A stretch of DNA of 32,000 bases from Xanthomonas campestris pv. campestris str. ATCC 33913. GTDB taxonomy: Bacteria; Pseudomonadota; Gammaproteobacteria; Xanthomonadales; Xanthomonadaceae. The notes beneath the pieces were generated by a model. That model was not told the origin of the DNA. It searched no databases and saw only the letters and a list, made by a program, of their open reading frames with translations. The DNA is taken from the NCBI RefSeq assembly GCF_000007145.1, contig NC_003902.1, forward strand, positions 2,107,436 to 2,139,435, given 5' to 3'. Made by a program: the position numbers and the translations under genes. Each line of letters starts with the position of its first letter. Position 1 is the first letter of the stretch. Of the stretch, positions 21,057 through 28,993 are shown piece after piece.

Positions 21057-22475
21057 ATGACCGATCCCCGCATCCTCTCCTTGCAACAGGCCGTCCCCGC
21101 GCTGCGGTTGAAGACCGAGCCGGCCGACCTGGAGCACTACGGCCGTGACTGGACGCGCCGCTGGACGCCGAATCCGCTGGCCATCGCGCTGCCGGGGTCG
21201 GTGGAAGAAGTGCAGGCGGTGGTGCGCTGGGCCAACACGCATGCGGTGGCGGTGGTGCCCTCGGGTGGGCGTACCGGTTTGTCTGGTGGCGCGGTCGCGG
21301 CCAATGGCGAGCTGGTGCTGAGCCTGGAGCGGTTGAACAAGCCGCTGGCCTTCGATGCGGTGGATCGCACGCTCACCGTGCAGGCCGGCATGCCGCTGGA
21401 AGCGGTGCACAACGCCGCGCGCGAGCACGGCCTGGTGTACCCGGTGGATTTCGCAGCGCGTGGTTCGTGCTCGATCGGCGGCAACATCGCCACCAATGCC
21501 GGCGGCATCCGCGTGATCCGCTACGGCAATACCCGCGAATGGGTGGCCGGGCTCAGTGTGGTCACCGGCACCGGCGAGCTGCTGCACCTCAACAATGCGC
21601 TGGTGAAAAATTCCAGCGGCTACGACTTCCGGCATCTGATGATCGGCTCGGAAGGCACGCTGGGCATCGTGGTCGAAGCAACGCTGCGGCTGACCGACCC
21701 GCCGCCGCCAAGCAACGTGATGCTGCTGGCGCTGCCGTCGTTCGATGTGTTGATGCAGGTGTTCGCGGCGTTTCGCGCACAGCTGCGGCTGGAAGCGTTT
21801 GAATTTTTCACCGATCGCGCGCTGGAGCACGTGCTGGCGCATGGCGCGCAGGCGCCATTTGCCGAAGTGCACCCGTACTACGTGGTGACCGAGTTCGCTG
21901 CCGGCGATGAGGCGCAGGAAGCGGCGGCGATGGCGGCGTTCGAAGCCTGCATGGAGCAGGGCTGGGTGAGCGACGGGGTGATCAGCCAGAGCGATGCGCA
22001 GGCGGCGCAGCTGTGGCGCCTGCGCGAAGGCATCACCGAGGCGCTGGCGCGTTACACCCCGTACAAGAACGATGTGTCGGTGCGGATCTCGGCGATGCCG
22101 GCGTTCCTGGCCGAGACGCAGGCATTGCTGCACGACGCCTACCCGCATTTCGATGTTGTGTGGTTTGGCCATATCGGCGACGGCAACCTGCATATCAACG
22201 TGCTCAAGCCCGACGCCACCAGCCAGGCAGATTTCATCACTGCCTGCGAGCAGGTCACCAAGTTGCTGGCGCAGAGCCTGCAGCGTTTCGACGGCAGCAT
22301 CTCGGCCGAGCACGGCATTGGCCTGGTCAAGAAACCGTACCTGTGGAGCACGCGTTCGGCGGCAGAAATCGCGCTGATGCGCGGCATCAAACATGTGCTC
22401 GACCCCCATCTTTTGCTGAATCCAGGCAAGCTGTTCGACATGGACGAGGTGCCCGGCGCAACGCCTGCCGGGTAG
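21057..22475 (+). CDS. FAD-binding oxidoreductase, GlcD/D-lactate dehydrogenase family; candidate D-2-hydroxyglutarate dehydrogenase (472 aa)
   Basis: FAD_binding_4-type N-terminus: VVPSGGRTGLSGGAV, CSIGGNIATNAGG, NSSGYDFRHLMIGSEGTLGIV. C-terminal motifs: GHIGDGNLH, GSISAEHGIG. Confidence 0.85.
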   Translation: MTDPRILSLQQAVPALRLKTEPADLEHYGRDWTRRWTPNPLAIALPGSVEEVQAVVRWANTHAVAVVPSGGRTGLSGGAVAANGELVLSLERLNKPLAFDAVDRTLTVQAGMPLEAVHNAAREHGLVYPVDFAARGSCSIGGNIATNAGGIRVIRYGNTREWVAGLSVVTGTGELLHLNNALVKNSSGYDFRHLMIGSEGTLGIVVEATLRLTDPPPPSNVMLLALPSFDVLMQVFAAFRAQLRLEAFEFFTDRALEHVLAHGAQAPFAEVHPYYVVTEFAAGDEAQEAAAMAAFEACMEQGWVSDGVISQSDAQAAQLWRLREGITEALARYTPYKNDVSVRISAMPAFLAETQALLHDAYPHFDVVWFGHIGDGNLHINVLKPDATSQADFITACEQVTKLLAQSLQRFDGSISAEHGIGLVKKPYLWSTRSAAEIALMRGIKHVLDPHLLLNPGKLFDMDEVPGATPAG

Positions 22476-22509
22476 TCTCTTCACCACCTCACATGGAATA
22501 GACACGCCG

Positions 22510-22803
22510 ATGATGCGCTCCCTGGTGTTTTGTGCGTTGACCTTGCTGCCGCTGGCAGCCGCCGCATCCAGTCTTGCGGGAACCTCGGCCGGTGCGTCGT
22601 CGGCCGGTTCGTCCAACAGCAGTAGTTCCGGCGACGACAAGGTGGTTGCCGACGCACGCGAAGATGCGGCTGGTTTCGTGGCCAGCGATGGCGCCATCCG
22701 CGGTGCGCGGCTTGAAGCGGCATTGCTGCAATTGCGCAGTCGCAGCGATGCGGCGCGCGTGTCCAGCGACCTGGAACTGGCTCAGTCCATCCTGGCGCAG
22801 TGA
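22510..22803 (+). CDS. Small secreted protein, DUF2388-like (97 aa)
   Basis: Signal peptide MMRSLVFCALTLLPLAAAA, then a Ser/Gly-rich linker, then DDKVVADAREDAAGFVASDGAIRGARLEAALLQLR...SDLELAQSIL. This resembles the Pseudomonas DUF2388 consensus as I remember it. No HMM was run. Confidence 0.65.
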   Translation: MMRSLVFCALTLLPLAAAASSLAGTSAGASSAGSSNSSSSGDDKVVADAREDAAGFVASDGAIRGARLEAALLQLRSRSDAARVSSDLELAQSILAQ

Positions 22804-24665
22804 ATCGTCGTCGCCGGTGCGCATGGCTGTGGCTGGCCGCAGCGATCGCACCGGCGGCGCACGCCCAATCGCAGCGTTCGCCCGTGCTGCAGGTGTCGGT
22901 TGTCGCATCGGAGTTGACCCCTTCCGAGCGCGCGGCCAGCCAGGCGCTGCTGCAGCAGGTCGGACAACGCTTGCCGGCGGGCTGGGTAACGCGCGATGCA
23001 GCACCCATTCAATTGCAGTGGCGCCGCGATTTGCCGGCGCAGGTGCATGGTCGTGCGATCGGCAATCGCATCCTGCTCGATCATGCGCTGTTGGATGCCT
23101 GGAGCATGCAGCCCGCCAGCGCACGCACTGACATCAGCGCCCCGGCCACACGTGCGGCGATGGCGGCGTTGGTGCATGAATTGGCGCACGTGCGCGACCG
23201 TGGAGCGGGCAGTGCGTTGTCGCGCGACCCACGCCTGCGCGATCTTGCCGGCTGGCAGGTGCGTCCCTGGCGGGTCGGGCGCGGTGCAAACCGCTTCAGC
23301 GACCGCAGTCCCGATGCCTACGAGCGGCATAGCCCGGCCGAATTTGTTGCGGTCAATCTCGAGCATTACGTGCTGGATGCGGACTACGCCTGCCGCCGTC
23401 CAGCGCTCGCGGCCTGGTTTTCCGAGCGGCTAGGGCCGCCGCACGCTGCGGCAGCATGCGCGCCGACCTTGCCGTATCTGCAGGCCGACAACGATGCCGG
23501 TGCGATGTCGCTTTTGGCGTTGGATCCGGCGCGGGTCTATGCGGTGGACTATCTGCTTGCCGAAGGCAACGAGCAGCCGATGAGTCGCTGGGGCCACGGC
23601 ATGTTGCGGTTGGTGATCTGCGCGCCCGGCCGCGCGCCAGGGCCGGCGTGCCGGCTGGATCTGCAATATCACCGCGTGCTGTCGTTTCGTGCCTTCGTCG
23701 GCGATGTGCAGATCTCCAGCTGGCGCGGGCTGACCGGCTCGTATCCGTCGCGGCTGTTCGTGCTGCCGTTGAACCAGGTCATTGACGAATACACCAAAGT
23801 GGAATTGCGTGCCCTGTCGTCGGTGCCGCTGGCGTTGCGCCCGGATGAGGTCGCCGCGCTGCTGACGCGCGCCGCGCAGGTGCACTGGAGCTACGACGGG
23901 CGCTATTACTTCATCAGCAACAACTGCGCGGTGGAAACCTACAAGTTGTTGCACGACGGCGTGCCGCGTCTTGCTGAAGCCGGCGTGTCATCGATCACCC
24001 CGCGCGGCGTGCGCCAGCGGCTGCAGCGCGCCGGCCTTGCCGATCTGCATGTGCTGGACGACCCCGCGCAGGCCACACGTCAGGGCTATTACTTCGAGTC
24101 GGCGGCTGCGCATTATCAGGCCATGTTCGACGTGCTTCGGCGCGGCATTCCGGTACCGCAGATGAGTGTTGCGCAATGGCTGGATGCCGCGCCTGGCGCA
24201 CGCGCGCAGTGGTTCGACCGCGGCGGCCTGCGCGAAACCGCAGCTGCATTACTGCTGGAGCAGGCCGCGTTACGGCGACAGGAGCTGATTGCGCGCGATG
24301 CGCTCAAGCGCCTGTTGCGGCCCGGCATCGCCGAGCGCGCAGCAGTGCAGGATCAACTGCAAAGCCTGTTCGTCCGGCAGGCGCGGCTCAGTCATCCGGC
24401 GGCGCTTCTCGATGGCCCCGGCTACGGATTGCCGCAGTCCGACGAGCAGCAACGTGTGCGCGCCCAGGTCGCGCAGGCCAGTAGCGGCCTGGCCGATGGC
24501 TGGAAGCAATTGCAGGCGTTGGGCCGACAGCAGTTGTCTGCCGAGCTGCGCGATGATCTGGAACAGAGTGAGGCGAACGTGGAAAGGCTGCGTGCACGAT
24601 TGCGTGTGCTTGCACAGCCGGTGCAGGCAGTTGCGGCTGTGCCGGAGCAGGCAATTGCAAAGTGA
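22800..24665 (+). CDS. Secreted multidomain protein of unknown function: HExxH-containing N-domain, DUF4105 (Lnb_N)-like central domain, helical Q/A/L/R-rich C-terminus (621 aa)
   Basis: The GTG start at 22800 overlaps the upstream stop (GTGA). Signal peptide MNRRRRCAWLWLAAAIAPAAHA. HELAH at aa 126-130 (nt 23175-23189). RWGHGMLRL and YYFISNNCAVETYKLL resemble DUF4105 hallmarks, from memory. Confidence 0.7.
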   Translation: MNRRRRCAWLWLAAAIAPAAHAQSQRSPVLQVSVVASELTPSERAASQALLQQVGQRLPAGWVTRDAAPIQLQWRRDLPAQVHGRAIGNRILLDHALLDAWSMQPASARTDISAPATRAAMAALVHELAHVRDRGAGSALSRDPRLRDLAGWQVRPWRVGRGANRFSDRSPDAYERHSPAEFVAVNLEHYVLDADYACRRPALAAWFSERLGPPHAAAACAPTLPYLQADNDAGAMSLLALDPARVYAVDYLLAEGNEQPMSRWGHGMLRLVICAPGRAPGPACRLDLQYHRVLSFRAFVGDVQISSWRGLTGSYPSRLFVLPLNQVIDEYTKVELRALSSVPLALRPDEVAALLTRAAQVHWSYDGRYYFISNNCAVETYKLLHDGVPRLAEAGVSSITPRGVRQRLQRAGLADLHVLDDPAQATRQGYYFESAAAHYQAMFDVLRRGIPVPQMSVAQWLDAAPGARAQWFDRGGLRETAAALLLEQAALRRQELIARDALKRLLRPGIAERAAVQDQLQSLFVRQARLSHPAALLDGPGYGLPQSDEQQRVRAQVAQASSGLADGWKQLQALGRQQLSAELRDDLEQSEANVERLRARLRVLAQPVQAVAAVPEQAIAK

Positions 24666-24913
24666 GCGGCGACGTTTGCATCCGCGTCGGTTGATGGCGG
24701 CATTGCAGGCATTGCGGGTGCATCCGACAGACGAACACGCCCGCGACTTGAAGGGCTTTAGGCAACTGCGAATGAGTTGACGCTCACAACAGCGCGCATG
24801 CCGCGTTGCGCAAACTAACTACAGAGCGGACGCACTTTCCAGCGCGTCCAGCGTGAGAAAGCGGCTTGGGATCGTCGGGAACACAGCCAGCCGCTACGTC
24901 TGCATGGCACGGC

Positions 24914-25315
24914 TCAGCTCGCGGGCTGCAGATCCGCTTGTTTTGCATAGTTGCGCAGCCACTCGCTGACGCCGGCATCGTTGCGGTAACGCTGCATCAA
25001 GGCAGCCAGCTGGGCGGGTGCCGGCGTGCAGTACTGTTCTACGGCCGCTTCGATTTCGCGGCGGCGCGCGTCGTCGTACGGCTCTTCGCCGGCGAAATGC
25101 TCGCAGGTGTCGTAGTCGTCCACCAGCTTGCGCACGTCATCCGGCATGCCGCACAGGCCGGCCGGATGTTGCAGCCATTCCTCTTCCACCACCGGGTCGG
25201 TGCAGGCGAGTGCAGCGGTCACGGGGGCGACCGCCGCAGGGGCGGGCGCCGGTGCCGGCTCGGCGGTGCAGGCACTCAGCGCCAGCAGCGCGAGCAGGCA
25301 CAGGATGCTGCGCAT
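24914..25315 (-). CDS. Cys-rich lipoprotein of unknown function (133 aa)
   Basis: MRSILCLLALLALSAC has a lipobox LSAC. A Pro/Ala linker follows, then an acidic domain with 4 further Cys. The ATG lies 1 nt after the efpL stop. Confidence 0.7.
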   Translation of the reverse strand: MRSILCLLALLALSACTAEPAPAPAPAAVAPVTAALACTDPVVEEEWLQHPAGLCGMPDDVRKLVDDYDTCEHFAGEEPYDDARRREIEAAVEQYCTPAPAQLAALMQRYRNDAGVSEWLRNYAKQADLQPAS

Positions 25316-25316
25316 G

Positions 25317-25883
25317 TCAGTCGGCGCGGCCAGCGAATTCGCCGGTGGTGGTGTTGACCAGCACGCGTTCGCCGTTGGTGATGTATTCCGGCACCATGAT
25401 TTCCAGCCCGGTGTTGAGCTTGGCCGGCTTGGGCCGCTTGGTGGCAGTGCCGCCCTTGAGCTCTGGCGGGGTTTCGACCACTTCCAGCGTCACCGTCTGC
25501 GGCAGCTGCACGGCGACCGGCTGGTCGTCGATCACCTGCACGAAGATGCCGGTGAGGCCATCGGTGATGTAGCCGGCGTCGGTGCCGATCACCTCCGCGT
25601 CCAGCATGTAGGGGGTGTAGTCCTCGTCGTCCATGAACACAAAGGCCTCGCCGTCCTTGTACGAATAGGTCGACTGGCGGCGCAGCAGTTCCACTTCCGG
25701 CAAGTTGTCGTCGGCATCGAAGCTGGCATCCAGCTTGGCGCCGCCCGGCACGCTGTACATGATGAAGCGGAAGCGCACATTGCCGCCGCGGCCCTGCGGC
25801 GAGCTGCGTTCGATGTCGCGGATCTGGTAGATGCCGCCGTTGTATTCGACGACGTTGCCTTTCTTGATGTCGTTAGCTTTCAT
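25317..25883 (-). CDS. efpL: Elongation factor P paralog, YeiP/EfpL type (188 aa)
   Basis: [40 protein letters not shown]...[12 protein letters not shown]...[18 protein letters not shown]...[24 protein letters not shown]. It is collinear with E. coli YeiP as I recall it, including the terminal GRAD. The loop is SPQGRGG rather than the KPGKG of canonical EF-P. Confidence 0.85.
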
Positions 25884-25983
25884 GGGAATCGGGAGTTGGG
25901 AATGGGGAATTGGAAAAGCCGGGGCCGGGGTGCTGGGAGTGGGACGCGGTTGCGATTCCTCATTCTCGATTCCCCATCCCCTG
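25884..25983. repeat. Heptamer inverted-array element (GGGAATC-type) filling the SDR-efpL intergenic gap
   Basis: Left arm, 25884-25913: GGGAATC GGGAGTT GGGAATG GGGAATT GG. The reverse complement of the right arm (25953-25981) is GGGGATG GGGAATC GAGAATG AGGAATC G. It is the same kind of element as 19397-19607. It lies between the stop at 25984-25986 and the efpL ATG at 25883. Confidence 0.85.
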
Positions 25984-26754
25984 CTACTTGGGCGCCAAGC
26001 GCACGCCGCCGTCCAGGCGAATGACTTCGCCGTTGAGATAGCGCGTGCGCAGGATGAATGCGACGGTTTCGGCGTACTCGTCGGGTTGGCCCAGACGTGA
26101 GGGGAACGGGATCGAGGCGGCCAGCGATTGCTGCACGGTTTCGGGCATGCCATCCAACATCGGGGTCCAGAACACGCCGGGCGCAATGGTCATGACGCGG
26201 ATGCCGAAGCGGGCGAGTTCGCGCGCCATCGGCAAGGTCATCCCGACCACGCCACCCTTGCTGGCAGCATACGCGGCCTGGCCGATCTGGCCCTCGTAGG
26301 CGGCCACCGAGGCGGTGTGGATGATCACCCCGCGCTCGCCATCCTCGCCGGCGGCGTTGTGTTGCATCACATCGGCGGCGGCCTTGGCGACATTGAAGCT
26401 GCCGACCAGATTGACCATGACGGTGGTGCGGAAGGTGGCCAGCGGCATCGCGGCCTCCTTGCCCAGCACGCGGCCGGCGCCGAGGATGCCGGCGCAGTTC
26501 ACGGCCAGGTTGAGCCCGCCCAGTGCCTGCGCCGCTTGCGCGACATTGGCGGCGACCTGCGCTTCATCGGTCACGTCGGTGGCGAAATAGTGCGCGTTGC
26601 CCGCGCCCAGCAAGGCCAGCGCCGCGTCGGCCTTGTCGGCGTTGACATCGAACAGCGCGACCCTGCCGCCGTCGGCGACGATGCGCTGCGCCACGGCCAG
26701 GCCGAGGCCGGAAACGCCGCCGGTGACGATGGCAAGGACAGAAGAAGGCTGCAT
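25984..26754 (-). CDS. Short-chain dehydrogenase/reductase, type II 3-hydroxyacyl-CoA dehydrogenase-like (256 aa)
   Basis: TGGVSGLG (the TGxxxGxG motif), NCAG, YAASKGG (YxxxK), [10 protein letters not shown]. The ATG at 26754 is preceded by AAGGAA. The ORF-track N-terminal extension to 27279 overlaps the lyase gene and was rejected. Confidence 0.88.
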
Positions 26755-26857
26755 GCGCGTGGGTTCCTTGAAAGCGGGGATGCCGGCCGGCGATCGGTCG
26801 GCGATTCTAGCCGAAGCGCTGATCGCATCGCTGCGCGGCGCAACGCGGGTGGAATGA

Positions 26858-27754
26858 TCAGGCGGCCGCCGCCAGTGCCTTGCCGACCTTGCTGCCGGTT
26901 TCCCTGCCCAGCAGTTGCGCCAGCCAGCGCCCGGTGCGGGCGAGGGCAGGCAGGTCGATGCCGGTGGGCATGCCCAGGCCATGCAGCAGATAGACCACGT
27001 CCTCGCTGGCGACATTGCCGCTGGCACCCTTCGCATACGGGCAGCCACCGGCGCCGGACACGGCCGCGTCCACCACCCGCACGCCTTGCTCCAGGCAGGC
27101 GGCGATATTGGCCAGCGCCTGGCCGTAGGTGTCGTGGAAGTGCACGGCCAGGGCCTGCAGCGGGATGCTGCCGGCCACCGCGGCCAGCATCTGGCGTGCC
27201 TTGGCCGGGGTGCCGACGCCGATGGTGTCGCCCAGCGAAATCTCGTAGCAGCCCAGGCGGTACAGCCGCTCGGCCACATTCACCACATCGGCCACCGCCA
27301 CCTCGCCCTGGTAGGGGCAGCCGAGCACCGTGGACACGTAGCCGCGCACGCGCACGCCGTCCTGCGCGGCCTGCGCCAGGATCGGCCGGAAGCGCTCGAT
27401 CGATTCGTCGATGCCGGCATTGGTATTGGTGCGGTTGAAGGTTTCGGAGGCCGCGGTGAACACCGCCACTTCCTGCGCGCCGGCCGCGTGGGCACGCGCA
27501 TAGCCCTGCAGGTTCGGCACCAGCACCGGGTAGGCGATGCCGGGCTGGCGGGTGATGCCCGCAAACACCTCGGCGGCGTCGGCCAGCTGCGGCACCCAGC
27601 GCGGGCTGACGAAGCTGGTCGCCTCGATCGTGCGCAACCCGGTGGCCGAGAGCTGGTTGATCAAGGCGATTTTGTCGGCGGAGGCAATCGGGTTGGCTTC
27701 GTTCTGCAGGCCGTCGCGCGGGCCCACTTCGACAATGCGTACGAAGTCGCTCAT
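26858..27754 (-). CDS. Hydroxymethylglutaryl-CoA lyase (298 aa)
   Basis: VRIVEVGPRDGLQNE, ATSFVSPRWVPQ, ISLGDTIGVGTP, HFHDTYGQALAN, GGCPYA. ATG at 27754. Confidence 0.92.
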   Translation of the reverse strand: MSDFVRIVEVGPRDGLQNEANPIASADKIALINQLSATGLRTIEATSFVSPRWVPQLADAAEVFAGITRQPGIAYPVLVPNLQGYARAHAAGAQEVAVFTAASETFNRTNTNAGIDESIERFRPILAQAAQDGVRVRGYVSTVLGCPYQGEVAVADVVNVAERLYRLGCYEISLGDTIGVGTPAKARQMLAAVAGSIPLQALAVHFHDTYGQALANIAACLEQGVRVVDAAVSGAGGCPYAKGASGNVASEDVVYLLHGLGMPTGIDLPALARTGRWLAQLLGRETGSKVGKALAAAA

Positions 27755-27830
27755 GGGCGGCTCCGGGCCGTGGAGCGCCGTTGCTGCTGCCCGCTGCACG
27801 GCATGGGGTCGGCTAGATACCAGGACAGCC

Positions 27831-28628
27831 TCATGCGTTTTCCTCGCTCGCCCACGCCGGTGGGCGCTTGTCGAGGAAGGCGCCCAGGCCTTCCTGGCCT
27901 TCCGGCGAGACCCGCAAGCGGGCGATCAACGCGGCGTTGGCCGCATCGATGGCATCGCGTTCGCAATGCGGCAGCATGCTGCGCACCAGCGCCTTGGCGC
28001 TGCTTGCGGCCTGCGGAGCGGCGGAGAGCAGCAGGCGGATCTGGCGCTGCACCGCAATGTCGAGCTGGTCGGCGGCCACCAATTGATGCAGCAGCCCGAG
28101 CGATTGCGCCATGCCGGCATCGAAGATTTCCGCGGTGGCGAACCAGCGCCGTGCCTGGCGCGCGCCGATCGCGGCGATCACGTAAGGCGAAATCACCGCC
28201 GGCAGCAGGCCAAGGCGGCTTTCGGTCAGGCCAAAGCGCGCCTCGGTACAGCCGATGGCGATGTCGCAACACGCCACCAGGCCGACGCCGCCGCCGAACG
28301 CGGCGCCATTGACGCGCGCAATGGTGGGCTTGGGCAATTCGTCCAGCGTGCGCATCAGGCGCGCCAGCGCCAGTGCATCGGCCGCATTGTCGGCTTCGCT
28401 GGCGCTGACCATGCTGCGCATCCAGTGCAGGTCGGCGCCGGCGGAAAACGCCGCGCCGGCACCGGTGACGACCACGACCCGCACCTGCGCATCGGCACCG
28501 GCCTGCTGCAGGGCGCCGGTGAGGGCGGCAATCAGGGTCGCGTCGAACGCGTTGTGCACTGCCGGGCGATTGAGCCGCAGCGTACGGACCGCTCCCTGGT
28601 CCTCGACGATCAAGCCGGTTTCCTGCAT
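27831..28628 (-). CDS. Enoyl-CoA hydratase/isomerase family protein; candidate methylglutaconyl-CoA hydratase (265 aa)
   Basis: RLNRPAVHNAF, VVVVTGAGAAFSAGADL, ARVNGAAFGGGVGL. The functional call rests on the adjacent HMG-CoA lyase. The start is uncertain: 28628, 28643 and 28661 are all in-frame ATGs. Confidence 0.8.
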   Translation of the reverse strand: MQETGLIVEDQGAVRTLRLNRPAVHNAFDATLIAALTGALQQAGADAQVRVVVVTGAGAAFSAGADLHWMRSMVSASEADNAADALALARLMRTLDELPKPTIARVNGAAFGGGVGLVACCDIAIGCTEARFGLTESRLGLLPAVISPYVIAAIGARQARRWFATAEIFDAGMAQSLGLLHQLVAADQLDIAVQRQIRLLLSAAPQAASSAKALVRSMLPHCERDAIDAANAALIARLRVSPEGQEGLGAFLDKRPPAWASEENA

Positions 28629-28705
28629 TGCGCATGCGTCCATGAATGGGATGCGAACCATGATAGCCGGCCCACCCGCTGGAGCCATGACGCGGTGCGT
28701 CGATG

Positions 28706-28735
28706 CTAGAATTGAGAACCATTCCTAACAATCAG
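28706..28735 (+). promoter_or_regulatory. AT-rich island with a weak Fur-box-like dyad upstream of feoA
   Basis: ctagaatTGAGAACcATTCCTAacaatc. The core at 28713-28727 matches TGATAAT-n-ATTATCA at 9 of 14 positions. It sits 25-55 nt upstream of the feoA ATG, and feo operons are classically Fur-regulated. Confidence 0.3.
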
Positions 28736-28759
28736 GCCGTCTTTGTGACGTTGTCGGAT

Positions 28760-28993
28760 ATGCCATTGCATCGCGTCGCCACCGTGGAATCCGTGCAGGA
28801 CCGTCAGCCCAACGACACCATCGCCCGGCGTCTGCGCGAACTAGGCTTCGTGGCGGGGGAAGAGGTAACGGTGCTGGCGATGGGCCCGGTTGGCCGCGAG
28901 CCGTTGCTGGTGCAGGTTGGCTATACGCGCTTTGCACTGCGCCGCAGCGAGGCGGCCCGTGTGCAGGTGCGTGACGACGGAGTGGCGGCATGA
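28760..28993 (+). CDS. feoA: Ferrous iron transport protein A (77 aa)
   Basis: MPLHRVATVESV...IARRLRELGFVAGEEVTVLAMGPVGREPLLVQVGYTRFALRRSEAARVQV, an SH3-like FeoA domain. I preferred the ATG at 28760 to 28703, for typical length and because the extension covers the AT-rich regulatory island. Confidence 0.8.
   Translation: MPLHRVATVESVQDRQPNDTIARRLRELGFVAGEEVTVLAMGPVGREPLLVQVGYTRFALRRSEAARVQVRDDGVAA

Noticed and set aside
20958-22697. A 579-aa minus-strand ORF spanning the FAD oxidase locus.
   Set aside because: It is antisense to a gene with unmistakable FAD_binding_4/GlcD motifs. Its composition is of the shadow-ORF type.
25984-28312. The extended 431-aa version of the SDR ORF (25984-27279), and plus-strand ORFs 26128-27438 and 26915-28312.
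   Set aside because: The SDR domain starts at the ATG at 26754, which is preceded by an SD-like AAGGAA. The upstream 175 aa overlap the HMG-CoA lyase gene in another frame. The plus-strand ORFs are antisense to the SDR, lyase and hydratase genes.
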